Below are positions 45,050 through 54,645 of a DNA stretch of 64,000 nt, piece after piece. Under the pieces are notes generated by a model that worked only from the letters and a program-made list of their open reading frames with translations, ran no database searches and was not told the DNA's origin. Numbering within the stretch: the stretch's first letter is position 1; each line of letters begins with the position of its first letter. The stretch is from contig JBDTDV010000067.1 in assembly GCA_039922875.1 (NCBI GenBank), forward strand, positions 16,840 through 80,839. Reading direction: 5' to 3'. The DNA is from Microbacteriaceae bacterium. Lineage in GTDB: Bacteria > Actinomycetota > Actinomycetes > Actinomycetales > Microbacteriaceae. The position numbers and the translations under genes are program-made.

Positions 45050-45272
45050 CGGGTCTGTTCGAGAGAAGCGTTCAGCTACGCGTTCGCAGGTCTCCTCGAC
45101 GCGTGGCAGGGCAACGTAGCTTCGTGTCTTGAGCAATCAAGATACGCACTGTTAGGTACGCAATCCAGCCATCCGCACGAGCCCGAATCGATAATGGTCG
45201 TCTTAGACCGAGATCGAAACGGGAATGATCGCTGAAAGCCAGCGGTTATCCGCGGAGAGGGAAAGAGGCAAA

Positions 45273-46691
45273 ATGTCAGATGTTCTGATCGACCGGCCCG
45301 AGCTTGCCAGCCTGGGCGATTACGACTTCGGGTGGGCGGACTCAGACGCCGCAGGCGCATCCGCGCGCCGTGGACTTTCAGTTGAGGTCGTGACGGATAT
45401 CTCCAACCTCAAAAAGGAACCGGAGTGGATGCTGAAACGTCGGCTCCGCGCCCTCAGCATCTACAACCGCAAGCCGATGCCGTCCTGGGGCGCAGATCTC
45501 TCCGAACTCGACTTCGAGAACATCAAGTACTTCGTCCGGTCCACGGAGAACCAGGCCGAATCCTGGGAGGACCTGCCGGTCGAGATCCGGGACACCTACG
45601 AGAAGCTCGGTATTCCGGACGCAGAGCGCAAGCGTCTGATCGGTGGCGTGACCGCACAGTACGAGTCCGAGGTTGTCTACCGCCAGATCCGTGACGACCT
45701 CACCGCGCAAGGTGTGGTGTTCACCGACACCGACACGGCGCTGCGCGAATACCCAGAACTCATGCAGGAATACTTCGGCACCGTGATTCCAGCCGGCGAC
45801 AACAAGTTCGCCGCGCTGAACACGGCGGTCTGGTCCGGCGGTTCCTTCGTCTACGTTCCGCCCGGGGTCCACGTCGAGATCCCACTGCAGGCCTACTTCC
45901 GGATCAACACCGAGAACATGGGCCAGTTCGAGCGGACCCTGATCATCGCCGATGAGGGCAGCTACGTGCATTACGTGGAAGGCTGCACCGCGCCGGTGTA
46001 CACCACGGCATCATTGCACTCCGCCGTCGTCGAGATCGTCGTGAAGAAAAACGCCCGTGTTCGCTACACCACGATCCAGAACTGGTCGAACAACGTCTAC
46101 AACCTGGTGACCCAGCGGGCCACTGCGGCCGAGGGCGCCACCATGGAGTGGATCGACGGCAACATCGGTTCCAAAGTGACCATGAAGTACCCGTCAGTGT
46201 ATTTGATGGGCGAACACGCCAAGGGAGAGACGCTGTCGGCCGCATTCGCCGGCCCCGGCCAGCATCAGGATGCCGGCGCCAAGATGATCCATATGGCCCC
46301 GTACACGCAGTCATCCATCGTCTCGAAGTCCGTCGCGCGCGGCGGCGGCAGATCGGGTTACCGCGGTGAGGTCAGGGTGGATGCCAACGCGCATCATTCC
46401 GCCAACACCGTGCGGTGCGACGCCCTTCTCGTGGACAGAATCTCCCGCTCCGACACCTATCCATCGATTGACATCCGCGTCGACGACGTGAAACTTGGAC
46501 ACGAAGCGACCGTGTCGCGCGTGAGTGCCGAGCAGTTGTTCTATCTGATGAGCCGTGGCTTGCCCGAAGACGAGGCGATGGCAATGATCGTGCGGGGATT
46601 CATCGAACCCATCGCCCGCGAACTTCCGATGGAATACGCGCTCGAACTCAACAAGCTCATCGAAATGGGCATGGAAGGATCAGTCGGCTAA
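45273..46691 (+). CDS. sufB: Fe-S cluster assembly protein SufB
   Basis: ATG 45273 after GGAGAGGGAAAGAGG. Highly conserved SufB core ([30 protein letters not shown]). Confidence 0.95.
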   Translation: MSDVLIDRPELASLGDYDFGWADSDAAGASARRGLSVEVVTDISNLKKEPEWMLKRRLRALSIYNRKPMPSWGADLSELDFENIKYFVRSTENQAESWEDLPVEIRDTYEKLGIPDAERKRLIGGVTAQYESEVVYRQIRDDLTAQGVVFTDTDTALREYPELMQEYFGTVIPAGDNKFAALNTAVWSGGSFVYVPPGVHVEIPLQAYFRINTENMGQFERTLIIADEGSYVHYVEGCTAPVYTTASLHSAVVEIVVKKNARVRYTTIQNWSNNVYNLVTQRATAAEGATMEWIDGNIGSKVTMKYPSVYLMGEHAKGETLSAAFAGPGQHQDAGAKMIHMAPYTQSSIVSKSVARGGGRSGYRGEVRVDANAHHSANTVRCDALLVDRISRSDTYPSIDIRVDDVKLGHEATVSRVSAEQLFYLMSRGLPEDEAMAMIVRGFIEPIARELPMEYALELNKLIEMGMEGSVG

Positions 46692-47951
46692 ATGACCGCC
46701 GCCCCAACTTCAGTTACAGAAAACAGCCCAGCAGACCAGGCGACTGCCCAAATCCCTGACACGAAAGTGGATTCGCGAGGCCCTGACCCGCGCGACCCGA
46801 ACGGCGAGTGGCGCCTGCTTCCCGTGTTGAGTCGGGCCGACCGTTACTCCTCGGTTCGCGTTCAAGACTTCCCATCGGTCACCGGTCGGGAAGATGTATG
46901 GAAGAACACGCCGATCGCCAAGGTGGCCGATCTGATTTCCGCGGAGCTCGACGGCTCACGCTACGAGATCAGCACGAAGGCCACCGATGGCGTCACTGTC
47001 GAATGGGTCGACCGAACCGACCAGCGGGTCGGTAGCGTCGGCGCGCCGGAAGAGCGCGCATCGGCGAATGCCTGGAGCAGCTTCGAGCAAGCCCTGGTCG
47101 TCTCGGTCACGGGGGAGGACGCGAAAGAGGTCACGATCTCGCGTGCAGGACTCGGCGCCACGGCGCGCGCGGCACACACCATCATCGAGGCCGCACCGTT
47201 CAGCCGGGCGACCTTGATCCTGCAGAATACCGGTGCCGCAAACCTGAGCGAGAATGTGGAAATCGTCGTCGGCGAATCCGCTGCGCTCAGCGTGATCTTC
47301 ATCCAGGAGTGGGACGACAACGCGCATCAGCTCGCCAGCCATTTCGCGACGATCGGGCGAGACGCGAAACTCAAGCACGTCATCGTCTCCCTCGGCGGAG
47401 GCATCGTCCGGATCAACCCGTCCACCGGCCTGGACGGCAACGGGAGTGATCTGGAAGCCTATGGCCTGTACTTCGCCGACTCCCACCAGCACCTGGAGCA
47501 GCAGGTTTATGTGCACCACGTAGCCGAGAACACCCGGAGCCGGGTGAATTACAAGGGCGCTCTTCAAGGCGCCGGTGCCCGCACGGTCTGGGTGGGGGAC
47601 GTGCTGATCGGGCCTAATGCCTCCGGCACAGACAGCTACGAACAGAACCGCAACCTTGTGCTCACCGAGGGGACCCGCGCCGACTCGGTGCCGAACCTCG
47701 AGATCGAGACCGGAGACATTCTGGGGGCCGGCCATGCCAGTGCGACCGGACGGTTCGACGACGAGCAATTGTTCTACCTTCAGTCCAGAGGAATCACCGA
47801 GGAAGAGGCAAGACGCCTCGTGGTTCGGGGCTTCTTGACCGAAATTGTGCAGAAGATCGGCTCTGCCGAGCTCCAGGACCGGCTCCAGGCGAGCATCGAG
47901 GCAGAGTTGGCCGTGACACGTCAACCGATTACGGCAACTCCGGGAGCATAG
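46692..47951 (+). CDS. sufD: Fe-S cluster assembly protein SufD
   Basis: 419 aa. C-terminal SufBD domain (GHASATGRFDDEQLFYLQSRGI). Confidence 0.9.
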   Translation: MTAAPTSVTENSPADQATAQIPDTKVDSRGPDPRDPNGEWRLLPVLSRADRYSSVRVQDFPSVTGREDVWKNTPIAKVADLISAELDGSRYEISTKATDGVTVEWVDRTDQRVGSVGAPEERASANAWSSFEQALVVSVTGEDAKEVTISRAGLGATARAAHTIIEAAPFSRATLILQNTGAANLSENVEIVVGESAALSVIFIQEWDDNAHQLASHFATIGRDAKLKHVIVSLGGGIVRINPSTGLDGNGSDLEAYGLYFADSHQHLEQQVYVHHVAENTRSRVNYKGALQGAGARTVWVGDVLIGPNASGTDSYEQNRNLVLTEGTRADSVPNLEIETGDILGAGHASATGRFDDEQLFYLQSRGITEEEARRLVVRGFLTEIVQKIGSAELQDRLQASIEAELAVTRQPITATPGA

Positions 47952-47953
47952 GA

Positions 47954-48277
47954 GTGGCGACACGAATTTGCGCCGTCGACGAGCTGGGGGTGGACGAGCC
48001 GGTGCGGGTTGTCCTTGACGATGTTCCCATCGCGCTGGTCAAAGACGCCGCGGGCGAGGTCTTCGCCATCGGCGACACCTGCACCCATGGTGAGGTCTCT
48101 CTCTCGGAGGGCTTCGTCGAAGGCGACACGCTGGAGTGCTGGGCGCACGGCTCCAAGTTCTCGCTACGCACCGGCGCCGCGCTCAACCTTCCGGCATACG
48201 AGCCGGTACCCGTTTACAAAGTAGAACTTGTCGACGGAGATATTTACCTCGATCCAAACGTAACGAAAGAGATTTAG
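47954..48277 (+). CDS. Rieske [2Fe-2S] ferredoxin-like protein
   Basis: 107 aa. CTHG..(x)..CWAHG is the Rieske ligand pattern (CTHGEVSL, CWAHGSKF). Confidence 0.85.
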   Translation: MATRICAVDELGVDEPVRVVLDDVPIALVKDAAGEVFAIGDTCTHGEVSLSEGFVEGDTLECWAHGSKFSLRTGAALNLPAYEPVPVYKVELVDGDIYLDPNVTKEI

Positions 48278-48282
48278 AAGTC

Positions 48283-49047
48283 ATGTCAGTTCTTGAAGTC
48301 CGCGACCTACACGTCACTGTCCAAATCGAGCAGGGGACCAAGGAGATCCTTAGCGGCGTGGACCTGTCCATAGCCGAGGGCGAAATCCATGCGATCATGG
48401 GCCCGAACGGCTCCGGTAAGTCCACCCTGGCCTACACGATCGCGGGCCACCCCAAGTACACGGTGACCTCCGGAACGATTACCTTGGACGGTGAAGACGT
48501 GGTGAAGATGACCGCGGATGCCCGCGCCAGGGCTGGACTGTTCCTGGCCATGCAATACCCGGTGGAAATCCCCGGCGTCACGGTCACCAACTTCCTCCGC
48601 ACCGCAAAGACCGCCATCGACGGGCACGCACCGGCTATTCGCGGCTGGATCAAGGACGTGCGGGAGTCGATGACCAAGCTTCGGATGGACAGTGCCTTCG
48701 CCGAGCGCAATGTGAACGAGGGATTCTCCGGCGGCGAGAAAAAGCGCAACGAGATCCTGCAGCTTGAGCTGCTCAAGCCGAAGTTCGCCATTCTCGACGA
48801 GACCGACTCCGGCCTCGACGTTGACGCGTTGAAGATCGTTTCGCAGGGTGTAAACCGCGCCAAGGACAAGACCGGGCTCGGCATCATGCTGATCACTCAC
48901 TACACTCGGATTCTTCGGTACATCAAGCCGGACTTCGTGCACGTCTTCGTCGCCGGCCGGGTAGCGGAAGAGGGTGGCCCCGAGCTGGCAGACCGTCTAG
49001 AAGACGAGGGCTACGATCGCTTTCTGGCCGGCGCGCCTCTAAGCTAG
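48283..49047 (+). CDS. sufC: Fe-S cluster assembly ATPase SufC
   Basis: Internal ATG 48283. GPNGSGKSTL, FSGGEKKRNEILQ and LDETDSGLD motifs. Confidence 0.95.
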   Translation: MSVLEVRDLHVTVQIEQGTKEILSGVDLSIAEGEIHAIMGPNGSGKSTLAYTIAGHPKYTVTSGTITLDGEDVVKMTADARARAGLFLAMQYPVEIPGVTVTNFLRTAKTAIDGHAPAIRGWIKDVRESMTKLRMDSAFAERNVNEGFSGGEKKRNEILQLELLKPKFAILDETDSGLDVDALKIVSQGVNRAKDKTGLGIMLITHYTRILRYIKPDFVHVFVAGRVAEEGGPELADRLEDEGYDRFLAGAPLS

Positions 49048-49051
49048 AACT

Positions 49052-49381
49052 ATGGTTGCCACACTGACTCCGCAGCGATTCGACGAGGTCGAAGAGGCGC
49101 TGAAGGACGTGATGGATCCCGAGCTGGGGATCAACGTCGTCGACCTCGGATTGATCTACGACCTCGGCTGGGATGAGGAGAATGACGCCCTCGTCATTCA
49201 CATGACACTGACCTCTGCCGGCTGCCCGCTCACCGACGTGATCGAGGAACAGACCGCCGAAGCGCTCGACGGCGTAGTAGAGGCGTTCCGGATCAACTGG
49301 GTCTGGATGCCGCCGTGGGGCCCGGAGAAAATTACCGACGACGGCCGCGACATGATGCGGGCCCTCGGCTTCGGTATCTGA
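49052..49381 (+). CDS. sufT: Fe-S assembly factor SufT (DUF59/MIP18)
   Basis: 109 aa. DPELGINVVDLGLIY and TLTSAGCPL motifs. Confidence 0.85.
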   Translation: MVATLTPQRFDEVEEALKDVMDPELGINVVDLGLIYDLGWDEENDALVIHMTLTSAGCPLTDVIEEQTAEALDGVVEAFRINWVWMPPWGPEKITDDGRDMMRALGFGI

Positions 49382-49462
49382 GCCCGCTGGCTCTTATGGG
49401 CCCAGCCGCTAGCGCTCTGAGCGGCCGAGCCCCGCTGGCTTTTAGCGGCCCAGCTGCGAGCG
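49382..49462. repeat. Imperfect direct duplication (33/34 bp) of the bioY 3' terminus
   Basis: 49382-49414 versus 49429-49462, about 27/33 identical. Both copies contain the TTA (stop-codon complement) at the equivalent position. Confidence 0.75.
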
Positions 49463-50059
49463 GTTGGCGCGCTTGCCGAAACGGTCGGCTGCCCACCAGA
49501 CTGCCGGGATCAATGCAGCCGCGATGAGCGCCTTGATCACACCGCCGATGATGAACGGGTAGAGGCCGCCCTGCAGGGTCTGCTCAAGGTTCAGCTGCAG
49601 TGCGGCGGAAAGCCAGATCAGCCCGAAGATGAAAGTGACGACCGTGCCGCCTAAGAACGCCAATGCCGCCTGCAGGAACTTCCGATCCCAGGAGCGCTGG
49701 GCCAGCCAACCGGTGAATGCGGCGGCAAACACGAAGCCGATGATGTAGCCACCGGTCGGACCCGCCACAACGCCCCAACCGCTGGTCGCCTCGCTGAACA
49801 CCGGCAAACCCACCACACCCAATGCCGCGTAGAGCAGCATCGCGAGGGTACCGCGAGCGGCACCTAGCGTGCCGCCCACCAGCAATACCGCCAGGGTCTG
49901 TCCGGTGATCGGCACCGGCCACAGCGGAACGGCAATCTGGGCCAGGGCCGCCGTCAGCCCCGCGCCCGCCGTCACGAGAAGGATGTCGGTGGTCAGTGAC
50001 CTGGCAAGAAGCCGATCCGCTAGAGTGGGCCGGCCTAAGGCCAGGGACAGGTTCGACAT
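49442..50059 (-). CDS. bioY: Biotin transporter BioY
   Basis: ATG 50059 after AAGGAGACC. 205 aa polytopic protein. PITGQTLAVLL..GPTGGYIIGF is the BioY signature. The track ORF (to 50650) is an upstream extension. Confidence 0.85.
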   Translation of the reverse strand: MSNLSLALGRPTLADRLLARSLTTDILLVTAGAGLTAALAQIAVPLWPVPITGQTLAVLLVGGTLGAARGTLAMLLYAALGVVGLPVFSEATSGWGVVAGPTGGYIIGFVFAAAFTGWLAQRSWDRKFLQAALAFLGGTVVTFIFGLIWLSAALQLNLEQTLQGGLYPFIIGGVIKALIAAALIPAVWWAADRFGKRANRSQLGR

Positions 50060-50185
50060 TCGGTCTCCTTGTGGGTACGGGTAAGACAGCCGCGGAACGC
50101 GACGTTCAGCCACTACGAAATATACTAGAAGCCATACCCCCACCCCTCGGTTGTGGAAACACAACGAAAGAATAGGACTTTGCCT

Positions 50186-51784
50186 GTGCTCAGCGTGCAC
50201 GATCTCGAGATTCGCGTGGGGGCACGCGTGCTGATGGACAATGTCAGCTTCCGCGTGGCCAGGGGCGACAAGATCGGCCTGGTTGGCCGAAACGGCGCGG
50301 GCAAGACGACCCTGACCAAGACACTGGCCGGGGAGACGCTGCCCACTCGCGGCCGCATCGATCGTGATGGGGAGATCGGCTATCTTCCGCAGGATCCGCG
50401 CACCGGAAACCCGAACGACCTGGCCCGCACCCGCATCCTGGATGCCAGGGGACTGGGCGAGATCCTGCTGTCGATGCAGACCGCGACCGCTCAAATGGCC
50501 AGCGAAGACGCCGCGGTGAGCGCGGCCGCGATGAAGCGCTACAGCACCCTGGAGGAACGGTTCCATATCCTCGGCGGCTACTCCGCCGAGGCGCAGGCCG
50601 CCTCGATCGCCAACAACCTGAACCTGCCAGACCGCATCCTCGACCAGCAACTGTCGACACTATCCGGGGGTCAGCGTCGGCGCGTCGAATTGGCGCGGAT
50701 CCTGTTCTCCGATGCAGAAACTCTGATCTTGGACGAACCGACCAACCATCTGGACGCCGACTCGATCCGCTGGCTGCGGGACTTCCTGAAGAGTTACGCC
50801 GGCGGCCTAATCGTGATCAGCCACGACATCGACATCGTCGGCGAGACCGTCAACCGGGTGTTCTATTTGGACGCGAACCGCACCGTCATCGATGTGTACA
50901 ACATGGGCTGGAAAAACTATCTGCGCCAGCGTGCCGACGACGAAGAGCGCCGCAAGAAGGAACGCGTCAACACCGAGAAGAAGGCGGCAACCCTGCAGCT
51001 GCAGGCGGCCAAGTTCGGCGCGAAGGCGACCAAGGCGGCGGCAGCGCACCAGATGGTGGCCAGGGCGCAACGGATGCTCTCGGACCTGGATGAAGTGCGT
51101 ACCGTCGACCGGGTGGCAAAACTCCGCTTCCCGGAGCCGGCCCCGTGCGGCAGGACTCCGTTGTCGGCCAGTGACCTGAGCAAGAGCTACGGGTCGCTGG
51201 AGATCTTCACCGCGGTGGACCTGGCGATCGACCGGGGCACGAAAGTGGTCGTGCTCGGTCTGAACGGGGCCGGGAAGACCACGTTGCTACGGATTCTCGG
51301 TGGCGTCGACGAGCCGGACACCGGGCAGGTGGAACAGGGTCATGGCCTCCGGATCGGCTACTACGCACAGGAGCATGAAACGATCGATGTCTCACGCACC
51401 GTACTGCAGAACATGGTCTCGGCATCGCCCAATCTGACCGAGACCGAGGCGCGCCGGGTGCTCGGCTCGTTCCTGTTCACCGGAGACGATTCCTACAAGC
51501 CGGCCGGGGTGCTCTCCGGCGGGGAGAAGACGCGTCTTGCTCTGGCCATGATCGTCGTCTCCGGCGCGAACGTGCTGCTCCTGGACGAACCGACCAACAA
51601 CCTCGATCCGGCCAGCCGTGACGAGATCCTCGACGCTCTGGCGCATTACTCCGGAGCCGTCGTCTTGGTCAGCCACGACGAAGGAGCGGTGGAGGCGCTC
51701 AACCCGGAACGGGTCCTGGTACTGCCAGACGGCATCGAGGATTATTGGAGCCCCGATTACGCCGAGCTGATCTCATTGTCCTGA
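50186..51784 (+). CDS. ABC-F family ATPase (two ABC domains, no TM domain)
   Basis: GRNGAGKTTL / LSGGQRRR and GLNGAGKTTL / LSGGEKTR, with a charged inter-domain linker. GTG 50186 lies 8 nt after AGGA. The track start 50153 is inside a hairpin. Confidence 0.85.
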   Translation: MLSVHDLEIRVGARVLMDNVSFRVARGDKIGLVGRNGAGKTTLTKTLAGETLPTRGRIDRDGEIGYLPQDPRTGNPNDLARTRILDARGLGEILLSMQTATAQMASEDAAVSAAAMKRYSTLEERFHILGGYSAEAQAASIANNLNLPDRILDQQLSTLSGGQRRRVELARILFSDAETLILDEPTNHLDADSIRWLRDFLKSYAGGLIVISHDIDIVGETVNRVFYLDANRTVIDVYNMGWKNYLRQRADDEERRKKERVNTEKKAATLQLQAAKFGAKATKAAAAHQMVARAQRMLSDLDEVRTVDRVAKLRFPEPAPCGRTPLSASDLSKSYGSLEIFTAVDLAIDRGTKVVVLGLNGAGKTTLLRILGGVDEPDTGQVEQGHGLRIGYYAQEHETIDVSRTVLQNMVSASPNLTETEARRVLGSFLFTGDDSYKPAGVLSGGEKTRLALAMIVVSGANVLLLDEPTNNLDPASRDEILDALAHYSGAVVLVSHDEGAVEALNPERVLVLPDGIEDYWSPDYAELISLS

Positions 51785-52621
51785 GTGCCTCGTATCCAGG
51801 ATCGCGTCCTCGGCATCCGCGTCGGAGTGCGCGCTTTCGCGCTTGCGCTGTCGCTGGGCTGCGCGGCGCTGTTCCTCCGGCTGGTCCGCATTCAGATTTC
51901 GGTACTCCTGGCGGATAGCGTAACCCAGCCCGAAGAAGCCAATCAGCGCGAAGATGATCCACTGAATCATGTACGACCAATGCAGACCGACGTCCTCCAG
52001 CGGCCGCGGCGCCGATTCCGGTCGGACTGCCGGAGCCGGTGACTCGGTGTCCAGTAGCCCGTACGCGCCGGTGTACACGTCCCCGCCGATCCGCGACCGC
52101 ACGTCCTTCAGTTCAATGGTCGCAATCTCATTGCCCGATGCGGACCGGCCAGCCAACCGCGGCTCGCCGGCCTTTAACCGCGCCACCACACTCACCTGTC
52201 CGGCCGGCGGTTCCGGCACGGTGTCGGGTGCGTCCTGCTTCTGTCCGGTCGGCACCCAGCCACGGTCTATGACGAAGACCGATCCGTCGGCCAGTTGCAA
52301 CGGCGTGAGCACTTCGAAGCCGGGATTTCCCTTCAACGGGCGGTTGCGCACCAGGAGTTGGTCCTCCACGAGGTAGTGGCCGACAGCGCGGACCCTGGAC
52401 CATTCCAGGCCCGGCTGGTAGGCGTTCAGGGAACTCAGCGCCTCCTGCAGCGGCACCGGCTGCGAGTCGTAATTCGCAGCAATTCTGGCATTCTCCGCCG
52501 CCGTCTCGTTGCCGCGGGCCAATTGCCAATTCGACAGCAACATGCACGCCGCAGCAAACGCGATGGCGAAGGCGAGATAACCCAGCCAGCGGCGGGTGAA
52601 GACGAAGCGCCATCGCTTCAC
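51773..52621 (-). CDS. SURF1 family cytochrome oxidase biogenesis protein
   Basis: 282 aa. N- and C-terminal TM helices, LSNWQLARG and GFEVLTPL..VFVIDRGWVP motifs. Confidence 0.8.
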   Translation of the reverse strand: MKRWRFVFTRRWLGYLAFAIAFAAACMLLSNWQLARGNETAAENARIAANYDSQPVPLQEALSSLNAYQPGLEWSRVRAVGHYLVEDQLLVRNRPLKGNPGFEVLTPLQLADGSVFVIDRGWVPTGQKQDAPDTVPEPPAGQVSVVARLKAGEPRLAGRSASGNEIATIELKDVRSRIGGDVYTGAYGLLDTESPAPAVRPESAPRPLEDVGLHWSYMIQWIIFALIGFFGLGYAIRQEYRNLNADQPEEQRRAAQRQRKRESAHSDADAEDAILDTRHSGQ

Positions 52622-52866
52622 GACGATCCGGGCCCTTGCGCCGTCGGCGGGTCCGTGACGTCCAACTCGCGCACCGCGACCGGAAAACTGCGCGCCTGAA
52701 GAAAGTCCCGTAAAAAATCGCGATGCTCGTCACAGGCCAGCCAGATCTTGACCCGGTCGGCAGTGTGGATCTTGGGATTGCGCCAGGTGATCTGCCAGGA
52801 CGCGCCGCGCCGACATTCCGCCCGGGAACAGGTGTACCGCTCGGGCCCTCCGACCAAACCGGTCAT
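52618..52866 (-). CDS. Small conserved-looking hypothetical protein with CxxxxC...CxxH
   Basis: 82 aa, no TM segment. CSRAEC and CDEH. 4-nt overlaps with both neighbours (ATGA upstream, GTGA downstream). Confidence 0.5.
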   Translation of the reverse strand: MTGLVGGPERYTCSRAECRRGASWQITWRNPKIHTADRVKIWLACDEHRDFLRDFLQARSFPVAVRELDVTDPPTAQGPGSS

Positions 52867-53201
52867 GACGCAGCCCTCGGCGGGCGCCGTTCCTGATCAT
52901 GATCGTGCTCCGAACCGCTGTCGGGTCCGTCGTGCCGCCAGACCGGTACCACGGCCCCGGGGCGCAGCACCTGGGCCCGCTGCGGGTTCGAGCTGACATT
53001 GGCTATCACGACGGCGAAATACGGCAGAAAAATGGCGCCTGCGGCGAAGACGAACAGCCACCAGCCTTGCACAACCAACATCAGCACTATGCACACGATC
53101 CGCACGCCCATGGCAACGCTGTATTTGATCATCCGGCTGCGACGATCTTGCTCCGGGGACGGCGGGAGTGCGGTAATCGACTGTTGCTTCATTTCCATCA
53201 C
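52863..53201 (-). CDS. DUF3099 membrane protein
   Basis: 112 aa. Two TM helices (VRIVCIVLMLVV.., FAAGAIFLPYFAVVIAN) typical of DUF3099 (from memory). The start could be ATG 53198 or 53192. Confidence 0.65.
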   Translation of the reverse strand: MMEMKQQSITALPPSPEQDRRSRMIKYSVAMGVRIVCIVLMLVVQGWWLFVFAAGAIFLPYFAVVIANVSSNPQRAQVLRPGAVVPVWRHDGPDSGSEHDHDQERRPPRAAS

Positions 53202-53258
53202 CTACTGCGGACCTCAAGCAGCCCACCCATACCAGCCTACGTCGAGATGCGCCCATAA

Positions 53259-53985
<727 letters not shown>

Positions 53986-53989
<4 letters not shown>

Positions 53990-54645
53990 CCGCGCAGCCC
54001 GAGCAATGGCAGGACCTGCGACAGGTCGCAGCGGTCCATTACGACGTGCGCGTGCGAGCGCACCATCGGCTTTGCATTGAAGGCGACCGATAGCGCGGCC
54101 TCTGCCATCATCTGCACGTCGTTTGCGCCGTCGCCGATCGCGATCGTCTGCGACACCGGGATCCCGGCGTCCGCCGCCCAACGCAGTAAGCTCCGCGCCT
54201 TCGCAGCGGCGTCCACAACCGGTCCGGTCAGTCCCCCGGTCAATGCGTCGTGTTTTACCTCCAGCCGATTCGCCTCGCAGTAATCCAACCCGGCGGCCTC
54301 GGCGACGTCGTCCAGGAGTTCATGGAAGCCTCCAGAGGCCACCCCGACCCTGCCACCGGCACGGTGCACACCGGCCACCAACTCCTCAACGCCGTCGGTC
54401 AGCTGAATCCGCTGGGCAACATCGGCGAGTGCGCACACCGGCAGCCCGATGAGGGTAGCCACTCGCGATCGCAAACTCGCCGCGAAGTCGAGCTCTCCGT
54501 TCATCGCCTGCGCGGTGATTTCCGCGACCCGGTCAAGACTTCCGGCCCGCTCTGCCAGCAATTCGATGGCCTCATCGCGAATCAGGGTGGAGTCCGCGTC
54601 CAGGATCACCAAAAAGCGGGCCGACGATGTTGGTCTCTGCGTCAT
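53986..54645 (-). CDS. serB: Phosphoserine phosphatase SerB (HAD, short form)
   Basis: 219 aa. LDADSTLI (DxDxT) and GDGANDV motifs. ATGA overlap with glgC. Confidence 0.8.

Noticed and set aside
45225-45272. Earlier in-frame ATG (45225) as the sufB start
   Set aside because: The strong RBS GGAGAGGGAAAGAGG directly precedes ATG 45273, and the 16 extra residues are not SufB-like.
50060-50650. Upstream extension of the bioY ORF (track 49442..50650, 402 aa)
   Set aside because: The extension is antisense to the ABC-F gene and is not membrane-like. The BioY homology begins at ATG 50059, which has a strong RBS.
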